From IMG/VR virus record IMGVR_UViG_3300027578_000006, positions 190 through 64,189 of that record: a stretch of 64,000 nt of DNA; one strand, written 5' to 3'. The DNA is from a virus (taxonomy: Duplodnaviria > Caudoviricetes). The stretch's first letter is position 1. Each line of letters begins with the position of its first letter. The notes beneath the pieces were generated by a model. The model was not told the origin of the DNA. It did not search any database and saw nothing but the letters and a program-made list of their open reading frames with translations. Shown here piece by piece: positions 1 through 8,990 of the stretch. The translations under genes were made by a program, and so were the position numbers.

Positions 1-3
1 ATT

Positions 4-345
4 ATGGACAAAGTAAAAATGCGAATTGTTGGGTACGACGACATCAGCCACTCGCTGGTAGTTTGTTTTGCCTCGGACACAACCAAGAGCCAAGACCCGA
101 TGGACTACCCAACCTATGCTTTTCAGCCACTGACCATGTGGCCTGACGTGACAGACCCTAACGAGGTCAAAAAGCGTATTGCTATGACCGGGATTCACCA
201 TGCCCAAATGCAGGAAGCCAAGGAGAAGTTTGTGGCTGACCCCCAACGCGTCAACGCATTCAAGCAAATGGTAGGGCAAGTGCATGAGTTCACAGTCAAC
301 GAGTTGACCGTCGTGGCGCACGATACGCCATTTCAGGTGGTGTGA
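4..345 (+). CDS. hypothetical protein, possibly tail-fibre associated
   Basis: 113-aa ORF coupled to the next gene; no recognised motif. Confidence 0.6.
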   Translation: MDKVKMRIVGYDDISHSLVVCFASDTTKSQDPMDYPTYAFQPLTMWPDVTDPNEVKKRIAMTGIHHAQMQEAKEKFVADPQRVNAFKQMVGQVHEFTVNELTVVAHDTPFQVV

Positions 346-818
346 TGAGACGCAAACCCTACGCTGCATTTGGCCGCGTTCTGTACGCAAACTACTACGA
401 CAAGGATGATGTGGTTGAGGTGCAGACCAACGCTTCCAGCCGGATCGTATTGTTTTTTAGCGAAGGCAACTTTACGGCGCGTGATAAATACACGGGCGAA
501 ATGCAGCTACAGTGCAACACCGGGTGGTTCTCTTACGGCAACCATGAAGATCGTTTGATGCTGTGTACCGCCAATGAGCCGACTGTGTGCTGGTGCTATG
601 ACCCGGAGATTAATCAAGGGTATGTGCCGCCAATTAGCGTCTTTCATATGAAACAAGGGCAGGAGATGTTTCTGGACTCTGGCACTAATTTGTTTCTGTG
701 CAAGGGCACCATGCTGGTTAACGAGCGCCAGTACATGGGGCCGTATCAGTTGGCGGTGCGTACTAACGGCAACAAAGCTGTGGCAATAACCGATGTCAAC
801 GCACTACTGTTTAGATGA
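342..818 (+). CDS. hypothetical protein, possibly cupin-like beta fold
   Basis: 158-aa beta-rich ORF overlapping neighbours by 4 nt (true start may be ATG 345). Confidence 0.55.
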   Translation: MMRRKPYAAFGRVLYANYYDKDDVVEVQTNASSRIVLFFSEGNFTARDKYTGEMQLQCNTGWFSYGNHEDRLMLCTANEPTVCWCYDPEINQGYVPPISVFHMKQGQEMFLDSGTNLFLCKGTMLVNERQYMGPYQLAVRTNGNKAVAITDVNALLFR

Positions 819-1345
819 AACATGCGACGAAGCTGCCGATCAGTATTGATCTGTCCCCGTTCAGGGAAGAGCTTCTTACGCCCCATCAAAAGTATTATCG
901 TGTTCAGAAGTACGCCCGCAACTTAGACGGCACTTCTATCCCCTATACCGAGACACTGAGGGTATTAAATGAAGCAGAATTTGTGGCGCAGTTACCAGAA
1001 GCGTTGGTTGCTATTGAGTGGCCCAACGTGTTCTTGCTTGAACTCCCTGCCTTGGATGCGCAAGACCCCGTGCTCCCTGCACACGTAGACATCAACAAGA
1101 CCTGCGGCATCAACGTCTATCTGGATACGCATGGTGAAGTAACTAAGTTTTACCGTTGGGGGCGAGATAGCCGACAGTCCGAGTATGTGGAAGAGTTCTG
1201 CGCGGATACGGGAGATGTGTGGTTGATGGATACGTCGGTGCCGCATTCGGTGGACATGCTGCCTAATAAGTCGCGCAGGATGCTGACATTCTCGTTTACC
1301 AAGGCCAAGTATGCGGAGGTGTTGTCGTGCTTCGCAACCAATTGA
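815..1345 (+). CDS. 2OG-Fe(II) dioxygenase-like (DSBH) protein
   Basis: H-x-D (PAHVD), distal His (VPHSV), terminal R (RRMLTFSF). Confidence 0.65.
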   Translation: MKHATKLPISIDLSPFREELLTPHQKYYRVQKYARNLDGTSIPYTETLRVLNEAEFVAQLPEALVAIEWPNVFLLELPALDAQDPVLPAHVDINKTCGINVYLDTHGEVTKFYRWGRDSRQSEYVEEFCADTGDVWLMDTSVPHSVDMLPNKSRRMLTFSFTKAKYAEVLSCFATN

Positions 1346-1887
1346 TTCGGGATGTTCAGGTAGATAACGGCAGAAGTTTGCAGGTCTATGACAACGTTTT
1401 GGATTTTGAGTTTCGCAATCGGGTGTACAACTTTGCGCAAAGCTCCTTGTTCCAGATAGGTTGGGCAGATGGATGCATCGTAGAGAATATGCAGCATAAG
1501 TTCCTGCACTCGGTGTACTCGGACGAGGACTTAGCCCGGTTGGGGATACTTGAAAAGTTAGCGGCAACGCCCGTAGCGCAAGAGGTGGTGGGGTATCGAC
1601 GGACTAAATGCATATTGAACCTGTCCACCCCGGCGGATGCCAACTTTGTGCATTCGCATCCAGAAGAAAAGATTTTGCTGTACTACGTCAATCTGGAATG
1701 GAAGGACGGATGGCATGGCGAGACGCTGTTCTTTGATGAGTCGTGCAAGGATGTTGTATATACGAGTCCATACACACCGGGGCGCATTATTGCTTTTGAC
1801 GGGCGGACGCCACATACCATCAGACCACAGTCGTTTTTGTCGCCATTTTACCGGTTTACCTTGACGTTGATTTACACAAAATGCTGA
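1327..1887 (+). CDS. 2OG-Fe(II) dioxygenase, prolyl-hydroxylase-like
   Basis: LYYVNLEW..GWHGETLFF, PGRIIAFDGRTPHTIRP, RFTL; first metal motif reads H-S-H. Confidence 0.75.
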   Translation: MLRNQLIRDVQVDNGRSLQVYDNVLDFEFRNRVYNFAQSSLFQIGWADGCIVENMQHKFLHSVYSDEDLARLGILEKLAATPVAQEVVGYRRTKCILNLSTPADANFVHSHPEEKILLYYVNLEWKDGWHGETLFFDESCKDVVYTSPYTPGRIIAFDGRTPHTIRPQSFLSPFYRFTLTLIYTKC

Positions 1888-2366
1888 TCGTTATTGATGA
1901 TGTGCTGGATGAAGAGCGACGGTTGGCGGTTGTCGGGTTCTTTTCCCAAAGCGACGAAGCAAGAAAGATGAAATGGGAACGTGGCGGGGTGGATAGTTTG
2001 CGGGGCAATAAGTCTCCAATGGCGTTGCTGTTGACCCGAGCGTCTCAGTTCTTTGATTTGTCGGACATGGCTGGCAGCGAATACTGGGCGCACCACGGAA
2101 CGCGGCCCGATTGGCATATTGATAAAGACGAGAAGCTGTATGAGATGTCAGGCAATACGGAGTGCCCGATTTGCAGCATCGTGTATTACGCCGACGTAGA
2201 TGTGGTGGGCGGTAACTTTGTAACGGAGACAGTATCTGTGCAGCCAGTAACGAACAGGATGGTTGTGTTTTCCCCCGGCTTGATGCACGGGGTAGAGAAA
2301 TACACAGGTACCCGGCTGTCTGTGGCTGTTAATCCTTGGGCACGTAAACCTTTGGGGTACGTATGA
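1881..2366 (+). CDS. 2OG-Fe(II) dioxygenase
   Basis: WHIDKDE, SIVYY..GGNF, NRMVVFSPGLMHGV, RLSVAVN. Confidence 0.8.
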   Translation: MLIVIDDVLDEERRLAVVGFFSQSDEARKMKWERGGVDSLRGNKSPMALLLTRASQFFDLSDMAGSEYWAHHGTRPDWHIDKDEKLYEMSGNTECPICSIVYYADVDVVGGNFVTETVSVQPVTNRMVVFSPGLMHGVEKYTGTRLSVAVNPWARKPLGYV

Positions 2367-2962
2367 TTATTGCAATACCGCCGCGTTTGAGTTACGGGCA
2401 AGACGAAGTCGCCTTCTGGGACGGCTTTCTGACGGAGGAAGAGATCAACTTTCTGCTTGCACAGCCTGAGTGGGTGCAGCGTGAGGCGGGCTGTGTTGGG
2501 GGTTCTGATGGTGCGGTGGTTGACCCGAGTATTCGGGAGACAAGTGTTGGCTGGATAGGGCCAAAGCCTGAGATGGAAGCTCTGTGGAACAAGCTCTCCC
2601 GAGTGGTGGCAGAAGTCAACCGACGCTACTTCCATTTTGATCTGACCGGCTTCCACGAGCCTATGCAGCTAGGGGTTTACACGGGGGATACAGGTGGGCA
2701 TTATGGCTGGCATACGGACTCTTCTTCGCAGGATTCTGGGGTGCCGCGCAAGCTGTCGATGGTGTTGCTTTTATCGGAGCCATCTGAGTTTGAAGGTGGG
2801 GAATTTCAGGTAAAGACAACGAGTGACGAGGCCAAGACACTGGAGTCAAAGCGCGGCAGGGCGTGGTTCTTTCCGTCCTACACGCTGCATCGGGTGACCC
2901 CTGTGACCAAAGGCGTTCGGCGTTCGTTGGTGTTATGGGTCGGTGGCCCACCGTTTAAATAG
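2363..2962 (+). CDS. PKHD/YbiX-type 2OG-Fe(II) dioxygenase
   Basis: WHTD, RKLSMVLLLSEPSEFEGGEF, FPSYTLHRVTPVTKGVRRSLVLW. Confidence 0.9.
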   Translation: MIIAIPPRLSYGQDEVAFWDGFLTEEEINFLLAQPEWVQREAGCVGGSDGAVVDPSIRETSVGWIGPKPEMEALWNKLSRVVAEVNRRYFHFDLTGFHEPMQLGVYTGDTGGHYGWHTDSSSQDSGVPRKLSMVLLLSEPSEFEGGEFQVKTTSDEAKTLESKRGRAWFFPSYTLHRVTPVTKGVRRSLVLWVGGPPFK

Positions 2963-2969
2963 GTCAACT

Positions 2970-4877
2970 ATGCCATTACAGAAACTACAATTTCGCCCCG
3001 GCGTAAACCGCGAAGGCACAACGCTTGCCAACGAGGGCGGCTGGTACGACTGCGACAAGATTCGATTTCGCTCTGGTTACCCTGAGAAGATCGGCGGCTG
3101 GGCTGCGCTGTCGTACAACACCTTCCTTGGTGTGTGTCGGTCATTGTGGAATTGGGTGACGCTTCGGCAGTACAACCTGTTGGGTGTTGGCACAAACCTG
3201 AAGTTTTATGTGGAAGACGGCGGTGACTATTACGACATCACGCCCTTGCGTGAGATAAACGGCAACACGCCTTCTGCCGGGCCACCCGTAGTTAACGCAT
3301 CTACTATTACGCTTACTGCTAGTGGTACGACTTTAACCATTTCTGACAGTGCAGCGGACAGCTTACAGGCTAATGACTTCGTAACTATTGCTGGTGCCGG
3401 TACGATTGGCGGTGTGAACGTTAATGGTGAGTATCAGATTACTGAGGTTCTCACAGGCACCACCTACACGGTGACATTAGCTACCGCAACAACAGGGTCT
3501 AACGCTGCCGCAACAATTACGCTTGCCTATCAGATAAATACGGGCTTCCCTATTTACACCATCGGCACGGGTTGGGGCACTGGTCCTTGGAGCCGTCTTG
3601 GTTGGGGGTCAGGCTTTACAACTGGTTTCGGTTTGCAGTTGCGCCTTTGGAGTCAGTCTAATTTTGGCGAAGACCTGCTGTTCTCTCCACGTGGCGGCGC
3701 ACTTTACATTTGGCAACCCGGCTCGGGTGCAACGCCAGCCTACAATACTCGTGGCGCGTTAGTTTCTGGTACAGATGTGCCTTCCCAGATTAACCAGATT
3801 ATGGTGTCGGACACTTCACGGATTGTGATTGCGTTTGGGTGCAATGACTACGGCGCTTACGGTACAACTACCCAAGACCCACTGCTTATTCGTTGGACAG
3901 AGCAAGAGAGTTATACAAACTGGACCCCTGCTATAACAAACCAAGCAGGTAGCTATCGGCTTTCACACGGCTCAGAAATTGTGGGCGCCATGCAGACTCG
4001 TCAAGAAATCGTTGTGTGGACGGACGCTGCTATTTACTCGATGCAGTATCTTGGACCACCGTTTGTTTATGGCTTCACACTTCTCGCCGACAACATCTCC
4101 ATCGTCTCCCCCAACGCTATGGCAACCGCTGCCGGTGTGGTGTACTGGATGGGTGTTGATAAGTTTTATATCTACTCTGGCCGGGTGGAGACACTCCCCT
4201 GCTCGGTGCGTCAGTTTATTTTCAACGACATTAATCGTGACCAAGAGGCGCAGTTCAACGCTGGCACCAACGAAGGCTACTCGGAAGTTTGGTGGAATTA
4301 CTGTTCCAAGAACTCGACTGTCGTAGACCGCTACGTCATATTTAATTATCTGGATCGGGTGTGGTATTACGGTACGTTAGATCGTACGGCTTGGCTGGAC
4401 TCGCCCTTGCGTCAGTTCCCGATGGGGGCAACGGCTGGAAATATTATTGTGTTTCACGAAGCGGCGGTGGACGACGGCAGCACTAATCCTCCAAGCCCGA
4501 TCAATGCGTACATACAGTCGTCAGACTTTGATATTAGTGACGGGCATAACTACGGGTTTGTCTGGCGGATTATTCCTGATATTACATTTGACGGATCAGA
4601 CACCACCGGCGCTACGAGCGATAAGCCGTTTGTCACCTTTACAGTAAGGCCGAAACAAAACCCCGGCGCTGCATACGGTACAGCGGCAACCCCCGATGTG
4701 ACCTCAGCGCAGAGCTACGCTGGGCAGACCACTTACAACGTGCAGCAGTTCACAGAGATCGTGTATAGCCGGGTGCGTGGCAGACAAATGGCATTTAAAG
4801 TGGCATCAAATAATATTGGTACACAGTGGCAGTTGGGTGTGCCCCGTATTGATGTGCGACCAGACGGTAGAAACTAA
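2970..4877 (+). CDS. virion tail/nozzle (packaged-DNA stabilisation-like) protein
   Basis: MPLQKLQFRPGVNREG start, beta-propeller-like repeats, position before internal virion genes. Confidence 0.7.
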   Translation: MPLQKLQFRPGVNREGTTLANEGGWYDCDKIRFRSGYPEKIGGWAALSYNTFLGVCRSLWNWVTLRQYNLLGVGTNLKFYVEDGGDYYDITPLREINGNTPSAGPPVVNASTITLTASGTTLTISDSAADSLQANDFVTIAGAGTIGGVNVNGEYQITEVLTGTTYTVTLATATTGSNAAATITLAYQINTGFPIYTIGTGWGTGPWSRLGWGSGFTTGFGLQLRLWSQSNFGEDLLFSPRGGALYIWQPGSGATPAYNTRGALVSGTDVPSQINQIMVSDTSRIVIAFGCNDYGAYGTTTQDPLLIRWTEQESYTNWTPAITNQAGSYRLSHGSEIVGAMQTRQEIVVWTDAAIYSMQYLGPPFVYGFTLLADNISIVSPNAMATAAGVVYWMGVDKFYIYSGRVETLPCSVRQFIFNDINRDQEAQFNAGTNEGYSEVWWNYCSKNSTVVDRYVIFNYLDRVWYYGTLDRTAWLDSPLRQFPMGATAGNIIVFHEAAVDDGSTNPPSPINAYIQSSDFDISDGHNYGFVWRIIPDITFDGSDTTGATSDKPFVTFTVRPKQNPGAAYGTAATPDVTSAQSYAGQTTYNVQQFTEIVYSRVRGRQMAFKVASNNIGTQWQLGVPRIDVRPDGRN

Positions 4878-5176
4878 TGACTATAAAAGCTCCATTACTG
4901 CCTTTTGCCCCCGTGCAATATGACCGGGCGTACCAAGATACGCTCAACAACATTTTGCGGCAGTACTTTGCCCAGCTAAATAACCCCGGCGCTATTGCCG
5001 GGTCAGCGGAAGGGGTAGGCACTACCAATGTGATTGCGGCGTTAAACTTTAGCCGCCCAGATGGCTCAGGTGGCACTGTTTATAGTTTCCCCACACAGGC
5101 AGACCTAGCTAACTTGCGGGTTGGGGATGTGTACGTAGACACTTCGGCCAGTAATGTTCTAAAGATGAAAATATAA
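4877..5176 (+). CDS. small virion-associated hypothetical protein
   Basis: 99-aa ORF coupled to the upstream gene (TAATG). Confidence 0.6.
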   Translation: MTIKAPLLPFAPVQYDRAYQDTLNNILRQYFAQLNNPGAIAGSAEGVGTTNVIAALNFSRPDGSGGTVYSFPTQADLANLRVGDVYVDTSASNVLKMKI

Positions 5177-5200
5177 AATATGGCCCGAATAAAGCCATAA

Positions 5201-5216
5201 ATGATAAACTTTGACA
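5201..5216 (+). promoter_or_regulatory. extended -10-like element overlapping a partial 16-bp operator
   Basis: ATGATAAACTTTGACA contains TGn-TAAACT; last 12 nt equal the reverse complement of the 42832 site. Confidence 0.4.
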
Positions 5217-5238
5217 AATTTTTCAGGATGAGGTAACG

Positions 5239-7521
5239 ATGAGCCTCCACGATTCAGCCAGCCAAGTACAATCCGCCGGACGCGGTGAAGACAAAGTCCT
5301 CGTCCACATGACCCCCGGCGAGGTCAGCGGACTTCAATCCCTTGCGATGGCGCATGGCGGCTCCCTCACGATCAACCCAACAACGGGTCTGCCTGAAGCA
5401 GGCATTCTGTCTTCGTTGCTCCCCACACTGATTGGTTTTGGTCTGGCCCCACTTACCGGCGGTTTGTCTGCTGCGCTCATTACTGGTGCTGGATACACTG
5501 CGGCTACTGGCAGCTTAAAGAAAGGCATCATGGCGGGTCTTGGTGCTTATGGTGGCGCTGGCTTGGCAGGCGGGTTAAATGCTATGGGAGCGCAGAGTGC
5601 GGCGGCGGGGACAGTTGATGATATTGCTTTAGCTAGTAAAAACGCTGCGGCTAATTCGCAGATTGGTGCCGGGTATAACACTATCGCACCTCAAACACAA
5701 GTTTTTGGTCAACCCGCTGTGAGCGCTACTAGCGCAGCAACCACAACAGCACCTAATATGGGGCTTTCAGCGTACACCTCACCAAAACCGCTTTACCCAG
5801 ATGTAAATTTTGCGAGTGGAATGCAAACGCCTACAGCTGTAACATCATCAGTTCCAACAGGAACCGATAGGTTTGTGCGTCTTGGCGACCCCATGAACTA
5901 TCCCGCTCCCAACCAGACTGTTTCGCAAAGAATAGCGGCGGGTAAAACAAACGCTTTTAGTTCCCCAATCGACCAAGGTTCGCAATACTATAAAGACATT
6001 AGCGGTAAGATTAAAACGCTAGAACCTAGATCGGAGCTTGCACAAAAATTAACATACGACGGAGCAAAAACTTATCCTGATCTTTCAACTTTAGAATATG
6101 GTGGCGGGTACGGAACGGCTCCGGGCGGGCGGTATTTTATTGAGAACCCATTAAAGGGATCGGCGGCTTCTTCAACAGGGGCACCGATAGTAAACCGAAG
6201 CGGGATGCAAACAGTATTGGAAAAACCGGTTGTCAGGTCTGAGATACTCCCCGGCGATCCCGCATTAGCGCAACCCCAATCAATTACTGGGCCATACCGG
6301 GGGTACATGTCACAGGTAGGCCAAGGCGCTAAAAATGTATACGCTGGGGGTATGCAAGGACTGAAGGATCTGTACGCAGCATCGGAAGCTGCCGCGCCAT
6401 ATTCAGGTTTAGCTGGGTTGGGTAGTACGGCGTACAGTTATTACGATGAAAAGCGTGAAGAAGCGGAAGAAGAAATGCGCCGTCAAGCCGACAAATCTCC
6501 CGGCATGATCCGCCCTTATGAGTTTAGCTATAGCCCCACCAGCACAGCTTTTGAACCGTACTCTGGCAGCGCAGAGCGCACATATTTTCAGCCGTCATAT
6601 ACCGCGCTTACTCCTTACGAAGCGCCGGGGCCTGAATACAAGAAAGCAGCCGAGGGCGGCTTGATGGGGTTGGCTGTGGGCGGGCCTATTGAGCAGATGG
6701 CCGCAATGAATTCAGTGGGGGCAAACACAGGATACCCAATGGCAGACATTAACACGTCGTTGTACAGCAACCCTACAATGCAGCGCCCTGAAGCAACAAA
6801 TGTCATCGCACCATCAGCCGATGCAGGTGTGGGCGCTTATTCTGGCGAAGCTCGGTTTGCAAAAGGTGGTGGTACAGTAGACCCACAAAACAAAAGTAGC
6901 GGGTATGAGTACTCGTACGACCCAAAGACAATGCAGTTTACGCAAACTGGTGGGCCGTCAGCAGCAGCGCCAAAAGGTTACGCTGGGTTTGGAAATTTAA
7001 TACCAAGTCTTTTAGCGCAAATGCCGCAGCAAACTGCGACACCAGATAGTGCAGTATCCGGTGGTATTGCTCAACCCGTAATGCAACCAGCAGCCCCAGC
7101 ACAACCGCTTATTCCTAACATTGACATCCCTGCTTACCAAACACCTGAGCAGCAGCTTGGTTTGGGTGGGTTTTATGACTACATGAACCAGCAGATGGGT
7201 GGTTACGGTGGTTACGCTGCGGGTGGTGGTGTGTCGCACTTGGGCGACTACTCTGATGGTGGGCGACTCTTGAAAGGACCCGGCGATGGAGTTTCGGATT
7301 CTATCCCTGCTTCTATTGGTAACAGGCAACCTGCTCGTCTTGCTGATGGTGAGTTTGTGGTACCCGCACGTATTGTGTCCGAAATCGGAAACGGTTCAAC
7401 CGAAGCAGGTGCCCGTAAGCTCTACGCGATGATGGATCGTGTGCAGAAAGCCCGACGCAAAACCGTAGGTGAAAATCAAGTAGCACGTAATACCAAGGCA
7501 GAGAAACTTCTGCCCGCATGA
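5239..7521 (+). CDS. internal virion/ejection protein with multiple xAxGG motifs
   Basis: 760 aa; N-term GRGEDKVLVHMTPGE..NPTTGLPE; C-term GPGDGVSDSIPA..LADGEFVV; low-complexity centre. Confidence 0.6.
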   Translation: MSLHDSASQVQSAGRGEDKVLVHMTPGEVSGLQSLAMAHGGSLTINPTTGLPEAGILSSLLPTLIGFGLAPLTGGLSAALITGAGYTAATGSLKKGIMAGLGAYGGAGLAGGLNAMGAQSAAAGTVDDIALASKNAAANSQIGAGYNTIAPQTQVFGQPAVSATSAATTTAPNMGLSAYTSPKPLYPDVNFASGMQTPTAVTSSVPTGTDRFVRLGDPMNYPAPNQTVSQRIAAGKTNAFSSPIDQGSQYYKDISGKIKTLEPRSELAQKLTYDGAKTYPDLSTLEYGGGYGTAPGGRYFIENPLKGSAASSTGAPIVNRSGMQTVLEKPVVRSEILPGDPALAQPQSITGPYRGYMSQVGQGAKNVYAGGMQGLKDLYAASEAAAPYSGLAGLGSTAYSYYDEKREEAEEEMRRQADKSPGMIRPYEFSYSPTSTAFEPYSGSAERTYFQPSYTALTPYEAPGPEYKKAAEGGLMGLAVGGPIEQMAAMNSVGANTGYPMADINTSLYSNPTMQRPEATNVIAPSADAGVGAYSGEARFAKGGGTVDPQNKSSGYEYSYDPKTMQFTQTGGPSAAAPKGYAGFGNLIPSLLAQMPQQTATPDSAVSGGIAQPVMQPAAPAQPLIPNIDIPAYQTPEQQLGLGGFYDYMNQQMGGYGGYAAGGGVSHLGDYSDGGRLLKGPGDGVSDSIPASIGNRQPARLADGEFVVPARIVSEIGNGSTEAGARKLYAMMDRVQKARRKTVGENQVARNTKAEKLLPA

Positions 7522-7979
7522 GTTATACGTTTCATCTTGGTGGGTTCAAAGAAACCTACGCTGAACTTGAACCGCTGTATCGCCAGCACTACGCGGAGAT
7601 GACGGAGCGTTTGGAAGCAGAGGGCATACCGTGTTCTCCGTACAACCCGCGACTGGATGAATATATAAAAGCGGGTGATGGTGGTTGGTTGTTGACGTTC
7701 ATTCTGCGGTTGGATGAAAAGGCGGTGGGGTACAGCAACGTATATCTTACCAACGACATGCACAACGGCGATTTAATTGCGCAAGAAGATACAATTTTTG
7801 TACTAAAGGAACACCGAAATGGTGTTGGTAAGAAGCTGGTAAAAGTTATTCTGGAAGAGTTAAAAGAGCGCGGGGTTAAACGGGTATCGGTTTCCGCGCT
7901 TACTGATTTGAGGGTCGCCAAACTTTGGAAGCGAATGGGTTTTAAAGAAGCGGCAGTTCAAATGTTATATACATTCTGA
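7518..7979 (+). CDS. GNAT-family N-acetyltransferase
   Basis: acetyl-CoA motif A IFVLKEHRNGVGKKL and LWKRMGF. Confidence 0.8.
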   Translation: MSYTFHLGGFKETYAELEPLYRQHYAEMTERLEAEGIPCSPYNPRLDEYIKAGDGGWLLTFILRLDEKAVGYSNVYLTNDMHNGDLIAQEDTIFVLKEHRNGVGKKLVKVILEELKERGVKRVSVSALTDLRVAKLWKRMGFKEAAVQMLYTF

Positions 7980-7986
7980 GGTCATT

Positions 7987-8988
7987 ATGTGCGCACCATC
8001 ACAACCTTCACAACCAACTAATACAACTCAGACGACCACGTCGATTCCAGAATACGCCAAGCCGTATGTGGAGAAGATGCTGGGTAAAACCGAGGCGCTG
8101 AGTAATGCGCCGTATCAGGCTTATGGCGGAGAAAGAATCGCTGGGTTTACCCCGATGCAACAGCAAGCGCAGCAATCAGCGGCTAACTTAGGGCCAGCGC
8201 AGCAGTTGGGTGTTGGTACGCAGATGGCAGGACTTGCCGGGCTGGGTGCGATGGGAGCAGGTCAGCAGTATCAACAGATGGCTACCAACCCCTATGCTAT
8301 GCAAGCGTACATGTCGCCGTACGTAGAAAATGCACTGCAACCGCAGATGCGAGAAGTGGCAAGACAGTCCGCTATGGTAGGGCAGCAGAATCAGGCGCAG
8401 GCTGTACAGCAAGGTGCCTTTGGTGGTTCGCGTTCTGCTATCGTAGAAGCCGAGCGCCAGCGCAATTTAGGCCAACAGCAAGCAGATATTTATGGCAGGG
8501 GTATGCAGTCTGCCTTTGAACAGGCACGTCAGGCGCAGCAGTTTGGTTCTACACTTGGGTTGCAAGGTATGCAAACCGCAGGGCAGATGGCGGGTACTTT
8601 AGGCCAGTTGGGGCAAACGCAATTCGGTCAACAGCAACAAGCTCTGCAAACTCAAGCACAGATGGGTGGACAGCAACAAGCGTTGGAGCAACAGCGTTTG
8701 GCGCAGCAGTATCAGGACTTTGCAAATCAGCGTCAGCATCCGTATCAGCAGTTGGCGTTTATGTCCGACATGTTGCGTGGCTTGCCATTGTCCCAAACAG
8801 CACAGACAATGTACCAAGCACCCCCATCTACGCTGTCACAGCTTGGCGGTTTAGGGCTTGCAGCCTACGGTATGTTCGGTAATCCATACGGCCAGTCACA
8901 AGGCAAAAAAGAAGGCGGTGCAATTAAAGAGTCGGACTCACCCGCTGGGCTGTCTGAGTTGCTGCTCTACGACATGGAGAAGGCATAA
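7987..8988 (+). CDS. internal virion (DNA ejection/pilot-like) protein
   Basis: Gln/Gly/Ala-rich helical protein with GAFGGSR motif. Confidence 0.65.
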   Translation: MCAPSQPSQPTNTTQTTTSIPEYAKPYVEKMLGKTEALSNAPYQAYGGERIAGFTPMQQQAQQSAANLGPAQQLGVGTQMAGLAGLGAMGAGQQYQQMATNPYAMQAYMSPYVENALQPQMREVARQSAMVGQQNQAQAVQQGAFGGSRSAIVEAERQRNLGQQQADIYGRGMQSAFEQARQAQQFGSTLGLQGMQTAGQMAGTLGQLGQTQFGQQQQALQTQAQMGGQQQALEQQRLAQQYQDFANQRQHPYQQLAFMSDMLRGLPLSQTAQTMYQAPPSTLSQLGGLGLAAYGMFGNPYGQSQGKKEGGAIKESDSPAGLSELLLYDMEKA

Positions 8989-8990
8989 TC

